NCBI GenBank assembly: GCA_964474995.1
Contig: CAYYUY010000004.1
Span: 23,857-87,856, forward strand
From: an uncultured Candidatus Saccharibacteria bacterium
GTDB taxonomy: Bacteria > Patescibacteriota > Saccharimonadia > Saccharimonadales > JALRHH01
DNA length: 64,000 nucleotides
Direction of reading: 5' to 3'
The notes below the pieces were generated by a model, which was given only the letters and a program-made list of their open reading frames with translations, was not told the origin of the DNA and made no database searches. The translations under genes were made by a program, and so were the position numbers. Positions within the stretch are counted from its first letter, which is position 1. Every line of letters begins with the position of its first letter. Shown here piece by piece: positions 19,104 to 28,171 of this stretch.

Positions 19104-20099
19104 ATGGATATGCAACCCTTTCGCAAAGAAATATCTGAGTATTATGAGTTTAACTTGGCCGATTTCCTTGAAGAGGTTGATCAGCAGCAATTAGCTATTA
19201 TCGCCGAGCATACTGAACAAGCGCCAGCAGAGAGAGATACGGCGACACGTGAGCTTATCCAGCGTTCTAATACTATGCTCGAAGCACAGGGTCTCATGGG
19301 TGCTGACGCGATATTTGGCGAGGGTGGAAATATTCCAAGTAGACAAGACAATGGGACTATTCATCGACACGATGTCGATACACCGATTATAGGTTTTTAC
19401 CAAGGCTTAGGTATATCGACTGAAACATTTGTTGATCCTAAGGGCGACATTGTCTTTGATCTATCTTTGCCGACGATTGTGCACAGGATATTTAACACGA
19501 GAGCCTCATATGGAATTGATGAAGCAACTGGTGAGCAGCACTGTGCGACGCTCCCAATCACCGCTACTACACCCGAGATTTTTGCGCAAAATATAGCCGC
19601 GAGTCTACCAAACCAGCGATGGCTCAAGGGCTTGGCTAATCGTCTTGAAGCCGACCCAACTGGGTATGATTTTAAGGAAATACAGCGAACATTTCGGTCA
19701 ATTGCTGACGCTAAATATTCAAAAGTACCTGCGCAGCTCAATATGGACTGGTTCATAGATCACATGAATGCAACGCTGGGTATCATGGGCAAGGACATAG
19801 AAGTTGGTGCGCAAAGCGCAGGTGTACATCCTGAGGATAGTCAGCAAATTCATTACATGCTTGCTGGCAATGATGAGGTTAGCTATACCCGTGGCAAATG
19901 CCTCGGGTTTGGTATTATCGTATCGTTTCAGAAAGGTATGCAAGAGGGGGTGCCGATGATAATGCTGATCGAGGATCAGCCAGATATCGCACTAGTTATG
20001 GAAATCATACTCGATGGTGGTCCTGCGATTGTTAAATATCCACTGCAAGATATTGATGCTGTTCGTGCGCCGCAGGTCACACGAAGTGACAATGTGTAG
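19104..20099 (+). CDS. Hypothetical protein
   Basis: 331-aa ORF. No motif recognised. Confidence 0.5.
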   Translation: MDMQPFRKEISEYYEFNLADFLEEVDQQQLAIIAEHTEQAPAERDTATRELIQRSNTMLEAQGLMGADAIFGEGGNIPSRQDNGTIHRHDVDTPIIGFYQGLGISTETFVDPKGDIVFDLSLPTIVHRIFNTRASYGIDEATGEQHCATLPITATTPEIFAQNIAASLPNQRWLKGLANRLEADPTGYDFKEIQRTFRSIADAKYSKVPAQLNMDWFIDHMNATLGIMGKDIEVGAQSAGVHPEDSQQIHYMLAGNDEVSYTRGKCLGFGIIVSFQKGMQEGVPMIMLIEDQPDIALVMEIILDGGPAIVKYPLQDIDAVRAPQVTRSDNV

Positions 20100-20120
20100 A
20101 ATCTACGCTTAAATAGTGGC

Positions 20121-20672
20121 ATGCAACAAACAGTTACTATCGCCGTGATCGCCGGCACTACTCGTGAAAGTCGTGAATCTATCAAAGCTGCACAGTATAT
20201 TGCGGCGCTCGGTCAAAAACTTGAAGACGTAGAAATTATATTCGTTGATCCGAAAGAATTTACGTTTCCTGGAGATGGACTGGATGACAAAGATCCGCAT
20301 TACAGCGAAATTACTGCGAGGGCTGACGCGTTTTTTATCATAACGCCAGAGTATAACCACGGATATCCTGGTAGTCTGAAGCGAATGCTTGATAGCGAGT
20401 ATGCCAACTATCATCGAAAGCCAGTGGCACTTGCAGGTGTGAGTAATGGAAGTTGGGGAGGGGTCCGTGTATGTGAGGCCCTGCTGCCAGTTTGTCATCG
20501 TCTTGGCCTCGTCAATATCCGCTCAGAAGTCTACTTTCCAAAAATTCAGAATGTATTTGGTGATGATGAGCAGATTAACCCTGAGTATGCCGCTCAATAT
20601 GAGCAAAGCGTCGGGCGAGCATTCGAAGAACTCGTGTGGTTTGCGCGTTTACTCAAACCTGCTCGTAATTAG
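20121..20672 (+). CDS. NAD(P)H-dependent FMN reductase family protein
   Basis: Flavodoxin-like N-terminus IAVIAGTTRESRES, plus ITPEYNHGYPGSLKRMLD. Confidence 0.75.
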   Translation: MQQTVTIAVIAGTTRESRESIKAAQYIAALGQKLEDVEIIFVDPKEFTFPGDGLDDKDPHYSEITARADAFFIITPEYNHGYPGSLKRMLDSEYANYHRKPVALAGVSNGSWGGVRVCEALLPVCHRLGLVNIRSEVYFPKIQNVFGDDEQINPEYAAQYEQSVGRAFEELVWFARLLKPARN

Positions 20673-21220
20673 GCAGCGATTGCTTGCTGCATATAGAATC
20701 TCGTACAGCCTGCACCGATAGTCAGCATCTGATAATAACCGCCATCTTCTTCACGCAGTTCAGGCGCCTCAATGACATTATCGAGCAGTTGCACAAGCCC
20801 GAGGTCAGCATACGTACTTGAGAAATATGCCTCAGGTATACCCTCGAGCATGGCGATCATGTTGGCTTGTTCAAATGCAGTCTCGTTGATGGTTTGCAGA
20901 TAGCCAGTTTCGCGGTAGGCCAGTAATGCAAGTGATGCGCCTATTTTGAGTACACGTTCGGGCCAGAAGCCCTCAGCTGATATTTTATTGAAATCATAGC
21001 CGAGCCGGTCAAGGTATTCGCCTAAAAGCTCTTCGGAGTATTGCAGGTCTAACAGGGCAGTGTTGGCAATTGGTGTGATACCTTCTTCGAGGACGAGCGA
21101 TAACACAACGGACTGGGCTTCTTCACTAATTTGTGGTGGTGTTTGTTGTGGTATCCAGAGCTCGGCCACGGTGGTGTCTCCTACGGTGATATGTATCTGT
21201 TTTACACCTGAGGTGTTCAA
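20669..21220 (-). CDS. Hypothetical acidic protein
   Basis: 183-aa ORF. Its stop overlaps the stop of the FMN reductase gene (TTAG). No motif recognised. Confidence 0.45.
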   Translation of the reverse strand: MNTSGVKQIHITVGDTTVAELWIPQQTPPQISEEAQSVVLSLVLEEGITPIANTALLDLQYSEELLGEYLDRLGYDFNKISAEGFWPERVLKIGASLALLAYRETGYLQTINETAFEQANMIAMLEGIPEAYFSSTYADLGLVQLLDNVIEAPELREEDGGYYQMLTIGAGCTRFYMQQAIAA

Positions 21221-21270
21221 AAAGCAAGGTATACTAGGAGGATTATTATCTTACTGAGAATGAGGCATAC

Positions 21271-21573
21271 ATGAAGGCTATTTGGAATGACACTGTTATT
21301 GCTGAGGCACCACGCGAAGAACTAATTTACATTGAAGGTAATTGGTACTTTCCACCAGCTCGCGTTAATCAAGCATATTTGACCAAAAGCCCAACACCGT
21401 ATACCTGTCCGTGGAAGGGTGTTTGCCAGTATTTCAACGTTGGTACTGAAGGTAATCTGAGTGAAGATAATGCCTGGAGTTACCCAGAACCATATGAATC
21501 TGCAATTCCAAAAGTAAAAAAAGATTTCAGTAATTACGTGGCCTTTTGGCGCGATGTGAAGGTAGAGGAATAG
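21271..21573 (+). CDS. DUF427 domain protein
   Basis: AIWNDTVIAE..IYIEGNWYFP..TCPWKGVCQYFNV matches my memory of the DUF427 family. Confidence 0.7.
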   Translation: MKAIWNDTVIAEAPREELIYIEGNWYFPPARVNQAYLTKSPTPYTCPWKGVCQYFNVGTEGNLSEDNAWSYPEPYESAIPKVKKDFSNYVAFWRDVKVEE

Positions 21574-22052
21574 TGGCTAAAGCTGTATTTGCAGCTGGTT
21601 GTTTTTGGGGTGTGCAGTTTTATTTTGACCAGATCCCGGGTGTCATAAGTAGTGTGGCTGGCTATACGGGTGGCCATACCGAGAACCCGTCATACGAAGA
21701 TGTTTGTGCACACACCACTGGGCACGCTGAAGCGGTAGGGATTGAATTTGATCCAGAAAAGGTGACGTACGAAACATTGGTTCATCAGTTCTTTCGTATG
21801 CATGATCCGACGCAGCTTAACCGCCAGGGCCCGGATATTGGAGACAACTATCGTTCCGCCATCTTCTATGCTGATGATGAGCAGCAGAAAATTGCCGAGC
21901 GTGTTCGTGACGAATTGGCTACAAACTTTAAACAACCAATCGTCACCGAGATTAGTCCCGCAAAAGTGTTTTATGAAGCAGAGGACTATCACCAGAAATA
22001 CACCGAGAAGACTGGTAGGGGTATGTGTCATATTCCGTACCAGCCAATCTAA
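21573..22052 (+). CDS. msrA: Peptide methionine (S)-S-oxide reductase MsrA
   Basis: AVFAAGCFWGVQ active-site motif, GYTGG and HDPTQLNRQGPDIGDNYRS. The GTG at 21573 overlaps the DUF427 TAG by 1 nt. Confidence 0.9.
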   Translation: MAKAVFAAGCFWGVQFYFDQIPGVISSVAGYTGGHTENPSYEDVCAHTTGHAEAVGIEFDPEKVTYETLVHQFFRMHDPTQLNRQGPDIGDNYRSAIFYADDEQQKIAERVRDELATNFKQPIVTEISPAKVFYEAEDYHQKYTEKTGRGMCHIPYQPI

Positions 22053-22085
22053 CGGAATTGCTTGAATTACACAGTGAAGTTCTCA

Positions 22086-22094
22086 TGGTATACT
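22086..22094 (+). promoter_or_regulatory. Extended -10 element (TGgTATACT) 6 nt upstream of ATG 22101
   Basis: Read directly. It lies inside the longer ORF-track ORF (22062), arguing for the ATG at 22101 as the start. Confidence 0.4.
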
Positions 22095-22100
22095 CGTTTC

Positions 22101-23045
22101 ATGGCTACAACTACCAAATCCAAGAGTTCTGCAAAACCAAAAACTACCAAACGTCCAGCGAAAGCCGCTGCCGCTAAAGCACCTACTAAAGTCACTAAGA
22201 AAACTGTCTCTAAAAAAGTAACAACTAAAACAACCAAAGCGGCTGTAAAACCAGCTGTCAAAACAACTAAAGTTACAAACACTGCACGCACACTCACAAA
22301 CGCCACACTTCGTCGTTGGCATCTTTTGTCAGCTGCAGTATTTGTTATTCTCGCCGTCGTAACGATTCTCGTTGCCAAGGTGAGCACCTATGACTTCACG
22401 TTGAGCCACGCTACACGTGATGATCTCGCAAGTGGTTCTGAAACAGTATTTGCCTCAGCAGCACATGTGATGACTACAATTGACTTACGCTGGATCCTTG
22501 TTGTGATCCTCGGTGTTTCAGCTGTTATTTCGCTACTACGAGCTACTCGTCTCAAGGCAAAAGAACAGAAGGCAGTCAGCACACACGTATCACCAGTTCG
22601 CTGGATTGACTTTGGTGTGACATTTGGTGCACTTGTTGCCACCACGCTTCTGATTTCTGGTATTCACGATGCCGGCTTCCTTAAGCTCGTTGGCTTCACC
22701 GTTATTGTTGGTTACTTCTTTAGCTGGCTTGCTGAAAGCGAAGCAGCGACCACAAATATACGTACCAAACTGTTTTACGCTGCAAGCATTGTTGCTGCCG
22801 TCGTACCATGGTTGATCTATGCATGTGCCGCTATCGGCACCGAAGTATACGGTGAAGTTCGCTACAGCTGGTTTGCATATGCAGCCGCCGCAACAGCATT
22901 CATCGGTGTAGTGTTGGTCGCAAACAACCAGAAGCGCGCACTGCGTGGTGCAATTGCATACATCAAAGCAGAGCGTAATTACGTTGTTCTGAACCTTCTT
23001 ACCAAAGCTGTCTTTGCAGCCGTCCTGATCCTCGGCCTCCGCTAA
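22101..23045 (+). CDS. Heliorhodopsin-like 7-TM retinal protein with long Lys/Thr/Ala-rich N-terminal tail
   Basis: Seven hydrophobic segments. Block-wise match to heliorhodopsin 48C12 as I remember it:
- WHLL (TM1 His)
- SPVRWIDFG vs FRWVEYS
- FFSWLAE vs LFGWLQE
- AVVPWLIY vs GIVPWIGL
- AERNYVVLNLLTKAVF vs GERAYIVLSLVAKSAL (Lys codon AAA at 23004-23006)

The first ~65 aa are a K/T/A low-complexity tail. Confidence 0.7.
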   Translation: MATTTKSKSSAKPKTTKRPAKAAAAKAPTKVTKKTVSKKVTTKTTKAAVKPAVKTTKVTNTARTLTNATLRRWHLLSAAVFVILAVVTILVAKVSTYDFTLSHATRDDLASGSETVFASAAHVMTTIDLRWILVVILGVSAVISLLRATRLKAKEQKAVSTHVSPVRWIDFGVTFGALVATTLLISGIHDAGFLKLVGFTVIVGYFFSWLAESEAATTNIRTKLFYAASIVAAVVPWLIYACAAIGTEVYGEVRYSWFAYAAAATAFIGVVLVANNQKRALRGAIAYIKAERNYVVLNLLTKAVFAAVLILGLR

Positions 23046-23047
23046 GA

Positions 23048-24295
23048 ATGCAAGTCGAAGTTACGATAGACAAACTGGTCCATGGTGGCCAGGGAATTGG
23101 TACCCTTGAAGATGGTCGCAAGGTGTTCGTTTGGAATGCCTTGCCTGGTGAGAAAGTGCTCGTTGAGCTGACTAAACAAAAGAATAAGCTTGCGCAAGGT
23201 GTCGCGGCTGAAATTATTGAGCCATCACCAGAACGTGAAACGCCACGTGACGAAGCCTATCTGAGCACTAGTCCGTGGCAGATCATGTCTTTTGATGCCG
23301 AGAACCGACACAAGCAAGCAATTCTGACAGAAACACTCGCGCGCGAACACGTTTCGTACACTCGCGATATTCCGATGATCGCTGGCGACCAGCAGTGGGA
23401 ATATCGTAACAAGATGGAATACAGCTTCTGGGCTGATGATTTTGGACTCCACCTAGCATTATTCAACAGAGGTACACACGGCAAACGAATTGTACCGGGT
23501 AGTAGCATTGCAATGCCTACCGTTGACGAAACTGCCAACAAAGTACTGGCTGTTCTGAGTAAAAACGGTGTTCGTGGCTCGCAGCTCAAAACGGTCGTAG
23601 TCCGTGCCAACCAGGCCGGCGAGACTGTTGTTGCACTCTTTGTAAAAGATGAAAAGTTCCCCGAACTTCCGGAACTTGCCGACATCTGCAAGGGTGTAGT
23701 CGTTTACTATTCCACGCCCAAGAGTCCTGCAAGCGTGATCACCAAGCGACTCCATCGCTGGGGCTACCAAACACTTGCCGATACTATTGGTGACACAGTA
23801 ATCGAGTATGATGTGAATTCATTTTTCCAGGTTAATTTGGATATTTTTGGCAAGGCGCTCGCAAGTATCAAGAAGGCAGTTGACGGTAAGCCCTACGTTG
23901 ATATGTACAGCGGTGTCGGTACAATCGGTCTTGGTATTGGTGGGGCTGCAGTGCTCGTGGATTCAGATAAGCATAATTGTAAGATGGCACAGCTCAACGC
24001 AAAAGACAGTGCGGTTGAAGTTGTTGAGGCGACGGCAGAAACAGCACTGCAGTACATTGATGACACGCATGTCCTGGTTGTTGACCCACCACGTGCTGGC
24101 TTGCACTCAAAAGTAGTTGAGCACATTATCGAAGCCAAACCACCGAAGGTTGTCTATCTGAGCTGTAACCCAATCACCCAGGCACGTGATCTGGCACTTC
24201 TCCAAAATGAGTATGAAATAGTATTGATCGAAGGGTATAACTTCTTTCCTCGTACGCCACATATTGAGAGTTTGGCTGTACTTGTCCGCAAATAA
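23048..24295 (+). CDS. TRAM-domain RNA (uracil-5)-methyltransferase, RlmD/TrmA family
   Basis: N-terminal TRAM-like segment (IDKLVHGGQGIG..VFVWNALPGEKV). SAM fold with DMYSGVGTIG. Catalytic VVYLSCNPITQARD. Confidence 0.75.
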   Translation: MQVEVTIDKLVHGGQGIGTLEDGRKVFVWNALPGEKVLVELTKQKNKLAQGVAAEIIEPSPERETPRDEAYLSTSPWQIMSFDAENRHKQAILTETLAREHVSYTRDIPMIAGDQQWEYRNKMEYSFWADDFGLHLALFNRGTHGKRIVPGSSIAMPTVDETANKVLAVLSKNGVRGSQLKTVVVRANQAGETVVALFVKDEKFPELPELADICKGVVVYYSTPKSPASVITKRLHRWGYQTLADTIGDTVIEYDVNSFFQVNLDIFGKALASIKKAVDGKPYVDMYSGVGTIGLGIGGAAVLVDSDKHNCKMAQLNAKDSAVEVVEATAETALQYIDDTHVLVVDPPRAGLHSKVVEHIIEAKPPKVVYLSCNPITQARDLALLQNEYEIVLIEGYNFFPRTPHIESLAVLVRK

Positions 24296-24353
24296 TTGCG
24301 GTTGATCAACTTGAATGGTTAAATACCAAGCATAAGCTGATAAGGGAACACCT

Positions 24354-25052
24354 ATGGAACTGCAAGAATTCATAACCAAAGCTCGTGCCAAACATCTAAC
24401 CAATGATGCAATCAGGGAAAAACTATTACTCGCAGGCTGGGAGGCATCGGCCATTTCCGCTGCACTTGATGACGATGATTTGGTAGCGCCAAAACCACCA
24501 GCACAGTCGCAAACTACAGATACAAAACCACATGCCGAACCAGTGGCCGTTGTCGAAAATCTCAGTGTTCGAGGTTTTGAATATCGGATTTTGTTTGTGT
24601 TGATATTCATCACCGTTGCCTCAATCATTGGCATCGCAAACGTGCTTTTGAGCCAGTATCAGAGCGCCGAACTGGCGTTTCCATTAACGCTTCTTTTGGT
24701 CGGTGGTCCGCTCGGTGCATTCTTGTTTTTGAGATTACGTAAGGCTGAGCAAGCCGAACCGCAACTGCGACGTGATCCGTCTCGCCGCAAGATGATACAA
24801 GCAATTGAACTAGTCGCGTTTTTGGCCGTATTGATCCACACCATCACGCTACTCTATCTGTTAATTAGTGGCCACTACACTTCAGCGGGGCACTCATATT
24901 ATTCCGACTACAGTAGCTACAGTGACGGCTATAACCAGCCATCATTTTTCAACGACTTTCTACGATGGATCATAACAATGGTCGTTGCCGGTGGCACGTT
25001 TGCATATTACTGGATCGATGAGCACCGCTCAGCGTCATCAATTACCAACTAA
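24354..25052 (+). CDS. Membrane protein, unknown function
   Basis: 232 aa, 4 predicted TM segments and a Tyr/Ser-rich loop (SYYSDYSSYSDGY). No family recognised. Confidence 0.45.
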   Translation: MELQEFITKARAKHLTNDAIREKLLLAGWEASAISAALDDDDLVAPKPPAQSQTTDTKPHAEPVAVVENLSVRGFEYRILFVLIFITVASIIGIANVLLSQYQSAELAFPLTLLLVGGPLGAFLFLRLRKAEQAEPQLRRDPSRRKMIQAIELVAFLAVLIHTITLLYLLISGHYTSAGHSYYSDYSSYSDGYNQPSFFNDFLRWIITMVVAGGTFAYYWIDEHRSASSITN

Positions 25053-25054
25053 GT

Positions 25055-25741
25055 ATGAGAATTCATCGTTTTTACGTACCAGAAATAGAACTGAAACATG
25101 ATTTTTGGCTGCACGATACACGGCTGATCCATCAGTGGCTACGAGTGCTACGTTTTCAAGTTGGACAGCAAGTCGTGCTGTTCGACGGTATCAGAAGTGA
25201 GCGCCTGTATACGGTTGCGGTGCTGACCGACAAAGAAGCACACCTAAAGCACGTGACTGATTACGTTCGAAAGACGCCAAGTAAAGAGGTGTATCTTATA
25301 TGGTCATTACTCAAAAAAGATAAGAATGATTGGGTACTACAAAAAGCGACAGAACTCGGTGTTAGCCATTTTGTGCCTATTATTGCTGATCGCTCAGAGA
25401 AAACAGGTTTTAATGTCGAACGCGCCGAAAAGATATTGATTGAAGCTGCCGAGCAGTGTGGTCGAAGCGATATACCAACTGTTCGCGAACCCATGCAACT
25501 GCATACAGTACTTGAGGAATTTCAGGGAATGCCACTGTTTATTTGTGAGCAGGGCACAGAGGAGCCACAGATTTCGCTCGATAAATTGGGGCTTATTATT
25601 GGCCCTGAAGGTGGTTGGAGCGACGCTGAAAAGCAGTTGTTCAAAGATCGTGACATTGCACATATTGCACTGGGTGATTTCACGCTTCGGGCTGAAACCG
25701 CTGCGGTTGTTGCCGCTGCACATTTGGTTTCAATAAAATAG
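25055..25741 (+). CDS. rsmE: 16S rRNA (uracil1498-N3)-methyltransferase RsmE
   Basis: MRIHRFYV N-terminus, LLKKDKNDWVLQKATELGV and IIGPEGGWSDAE (SPOUT knot). Confidence 0.85.
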   Translation: MRIHRFYVPEIELKHDFWLHDTRLIHQWLRVLRFQVGQQVVLFDGIRSERLYTVAVLTDKEAHLKHVTDYVRKTPSKEVYLIWSLLKKDKNDWVLQKATELGVSHFVPIIADRSEKTGFNVERAEKILIEAAEQCGRSDIPTVREPMQLHTVLEEFQGMPLFICEQGTEEPQISLDKLGLIIGPEGGWSDAEKQLFKDRDIAHIALGDFTLRAETAAVVAAAHLVSIK

Positions 25742-25801
25742 TTTGTTGACGCATCATCATCAGATATACTTAAGCACAATAAGTAACGGATAGGTGGGGA
25801 C

Positions 25802-28162
25802 ATGCCAGTCTCAAAATCAAAAATGCCGCGGGCTAAGACTGCCGCTGTCCATAAACCAGTAGCTGATCATATCGATGCGCCACTCCTTGAGTCGTTAGTC
25901 AAGACAGTTACTATCAAGCCGTATCATCACAAGCCGTTCCGTATTCGTCACATTGGTTGGTTGTTTTTGGCGTTACTTGCACTCTTTGGTCTGACACTAC
26001 AAACCGGACTGATGATTGGACGCAGCCACGCACCAAATAACTTCATTACGCCACAAGTTGCTGAGCCATCCAAAACGTCTTTGACAGCTGTTCGCTCAGC
26101 CTATGGTTTTAGCCTAGGGTTTGATGGCAATCAATTCACAGCAACTGCTTCGGCCGTAGAGCAGAACGGTAATAGTCATGTGGTGCCCACTGATCAGCTT
26201 CGTGAAAACAAGAACATCAATACTATTACGCTCCGACCATTGCTCGGCCAAGTGCCAGCAAGCCAGGTTGCGACACGCCTTACACTACAAGTTGCAGCAG
26301 ACAAGAAGATTAGTGTGCTCAAGCAGCAGGCAGACAATGAAGGTTTGTCTAACGTAGTAATTGCGGCCAAACAATTCCCAATAGTATCGAGTGCCGATTT
26401 TGATGTTCTGACGAGTTCTTCAACGGCCGAGACCTTGAACGGCGTATTTGTACAGAAGACGATTTATCAGTACATGCCGAAGTTCGGTGGTGGCTCTACC
26501 TATACAGTAGCCTATGCTGGTGTTATCAATGACCAGGCATTTGTACTACGACTCGATGGCCTTGTTGGCAGCTCTGTTATACCTGATATCTATCAGCCAG
26601 TGTTCGACACTCTTGCACTCAGCGCAGCTCAAAAAGTTGAAGGAGTCAGCACGCTCTTTAGCCAAAAAGCATCAGCCGATTCTGCGAGTCAACTTGATAG
26701 TAAGTATGCCTCTGATCTTGTTTCACCAGCGGTGGTAAAGATTTACCACCTTATCTGTGGCACGCTTGTTGTCGGGGGCCAATCACTCGGTAAGAATACC
26801 TGTGATGGTTCCACTGGTAGTGGCTTTTTGGCATCACGTGATGGCTATATTGCGACAAACGGGCACGTGGTCGTATTTACGGCCAAGGATGCTTTTGCGG
26901 AAAGTCTTATTGGTGATCCAGCCTTCTTTGCCTCGTTTCTAAAAAGTATTGGTCTTACCAACGCACAAATATCCGTAGTCGCTGCTCGCCCAGATTTGCA
27001 AGCGTCGATTTTGGCAAAGATATACGATTTGTCTGACGATAAAATCAAGTTTGATAATCTACAAGAAACGACACTCGTTTCGCTTGGCTCGGAGCCGCTC
27101 AAGATTAATTCAGTGGCAGATATCCGTACCTTTATAAACAAGAAAGACACAGATAGTATCAAGCGTGCCACAGTGGTTGCAACGAATTACTCACCAAAAG
27201 ATCTGTATGTACTTATGTCAGGAAACGATAAGGGCTTCAGTTCAAGTGACGTGGCGTTACTGAAAATCAATGTTATGAACGCACCAGTTGTCGGTATTAG
27301 TACCAGCAGCGTGACTCAGAATCAAAAGATCAGCCTCGTTGGATTCCCCGGAGATGCCGAGAACGAGCTCGTGTCCCAGGATAAGTTATCGGTATCAGTA
27401 ACCAATGGCAGCGTCAGTTCCATTCGTGAAGCTGCCGGTGGCGTCGGTAAACTCTATCAGTCGGACGCCGATGCGTCGCATGGTAATAGTGGTGGTCCGG
27501 CACTTGGTGAGGATGATTTGGCAATTGGACTATTGACGTACCGAGTCCAGGACCCAGGTCAGGGAAATGCCGCAAAGAGCTACATTCGAGACATTGCTGA
27601 TTTTACGAAGCTCGTTGACAGTAAACATGTCACGCTTAATACCGATAGTATTACCCAGGACGCCTGGAAGAAGGGCCTTACGCTTGTTTCAACCAATCAC
27701 TACTCGGCCGCAATTAAGCAGTTCGACAAGGTCAAGAGCGCCTATCCTTCACATCGACTTGTAGATAGTTATATTGCATCCTCAAAGCAGGCAATTGCCG
27801 CGGGCAAAGATGTAAAAAGTTTCCCAATCGTACTACTCCTCGGTGGTATCGTACTGAGTCTGGCTGGCGTTGGGATTGCCGTCTTTATGATTGTGCGTCA
27901 TCACGGCAAGCACCAACTCTACAAAGCTGGTACGCAAGTTGGTGCCTCAGGTGTACCTAGTATGCTTTCTGGTCAACCCATACAAACAGTACCAGCTCCA
28001 CCTACGCCAGTTGCTCCGTCTTCATTGGTACCACAAATCACACCACTTACAGTGCCGATACCCCCATCAACGCAGCCAGTTGCACCCCAACCTCCAGCTG
28101 GTCCAATGGTTGTACAGCCTGCGGCTCAGGCCCCAGTCGATCCGCCTAAGCTGGTACAATAG
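25802..28162 (+). CDS. Large trypsin-like (S1) serine protease bracketed by two TM segments, with Pro-rich C-terminal tail
   Basis: Triad contexts GYIATNGHVV, SDVALLKI and ASHGNSGGPA. TM near residue 50 and TM FPIVLLLGGIVLSLAGVGIAVFMIV. The last ~90 aa are Pro/Val/Gln-rich. Confidence 0.75.
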   Translation: MPVSKSKMPRAKTAAVHKPVADHIDAPLLESLVKTVTIKPYHHKPFRIRHIGWLFLALLALFGLTLQTGLMIGRSHAPNNFITPQVAEPSKTSLTAVRSAYGFSLGFDGNQFTATASAVEQNGNSHVVPTDQLRENKNINTITLRPLLGQVPASQVATRLTLQVAADKKISVLKQQADNEGLSNVVIAAKQFPIVSSADFDVLTSSSTAETLNGVFVQKTIYQYMPKFGGGSTYTVAYAGVINDQAFVLRLDGLVGSSVIPDIYQPVFDTLALSAAQKVEGVSTLFSQKASADSASQLDSKYASDLVSPAVVKIYHLICGTLVVGGQSLGKNTCDGSTGSGFLASRDGYIATNGHVVVFTAKDAFAESLIGDPAFFASFLKSIGLTNAQISVVAARPDLQASILAKIYDLSDDKIKFDNLQETTLVSLGSEPLKINSVADIRTFINKKDTDSIKRATVVATNYSPKDLYVLMSGNDKGFSSSDVALLKINVMNAPVVGISTSSVTQNQKISLVGFPGDAENELVSQDKLSVSVTNGSVSSIREAAGGVGKLYQSDADASHGNSGGPALGEDDLAIGLLTYRVQDPGQGNAAKSYIRDIADFTKLVDSKHVTLNTDSITQDAWKKGLTLVSTNHYSAAIKQFDKVKSAYPSHRLVDSYIASSKQAIAAGKDVKSFPIVLLLGGIVLSLAGVGIAVFMIVRHHGKHQLYKAGTQVGASGVPSMLSGQPIQTVPAPPTPVAPSSLVPQITPLTVPIPPSTQPVAPQPPAGPMVVQPAAQAPVDPPKLVQ

Positions 28163-28171
28163 ACCTTACGA

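Noticed and set aside
22062-22100. Longer start (22062) for the heliorhodopsin-like gene
   Set aside because: An extended -10-like element (22086-22094) lies inside this extension, and the added residues (MNYTVKFSWYTRF) look non-native. The ATG at 22101 is preferred but unproven.
24107-24634. 175-aa minus-strand ORF bridging the methyltransferase end and the 24354 membrane-protein gene
   Set aside because: It overlaps two plus-strand genes with better coding signals, and no motif is present.
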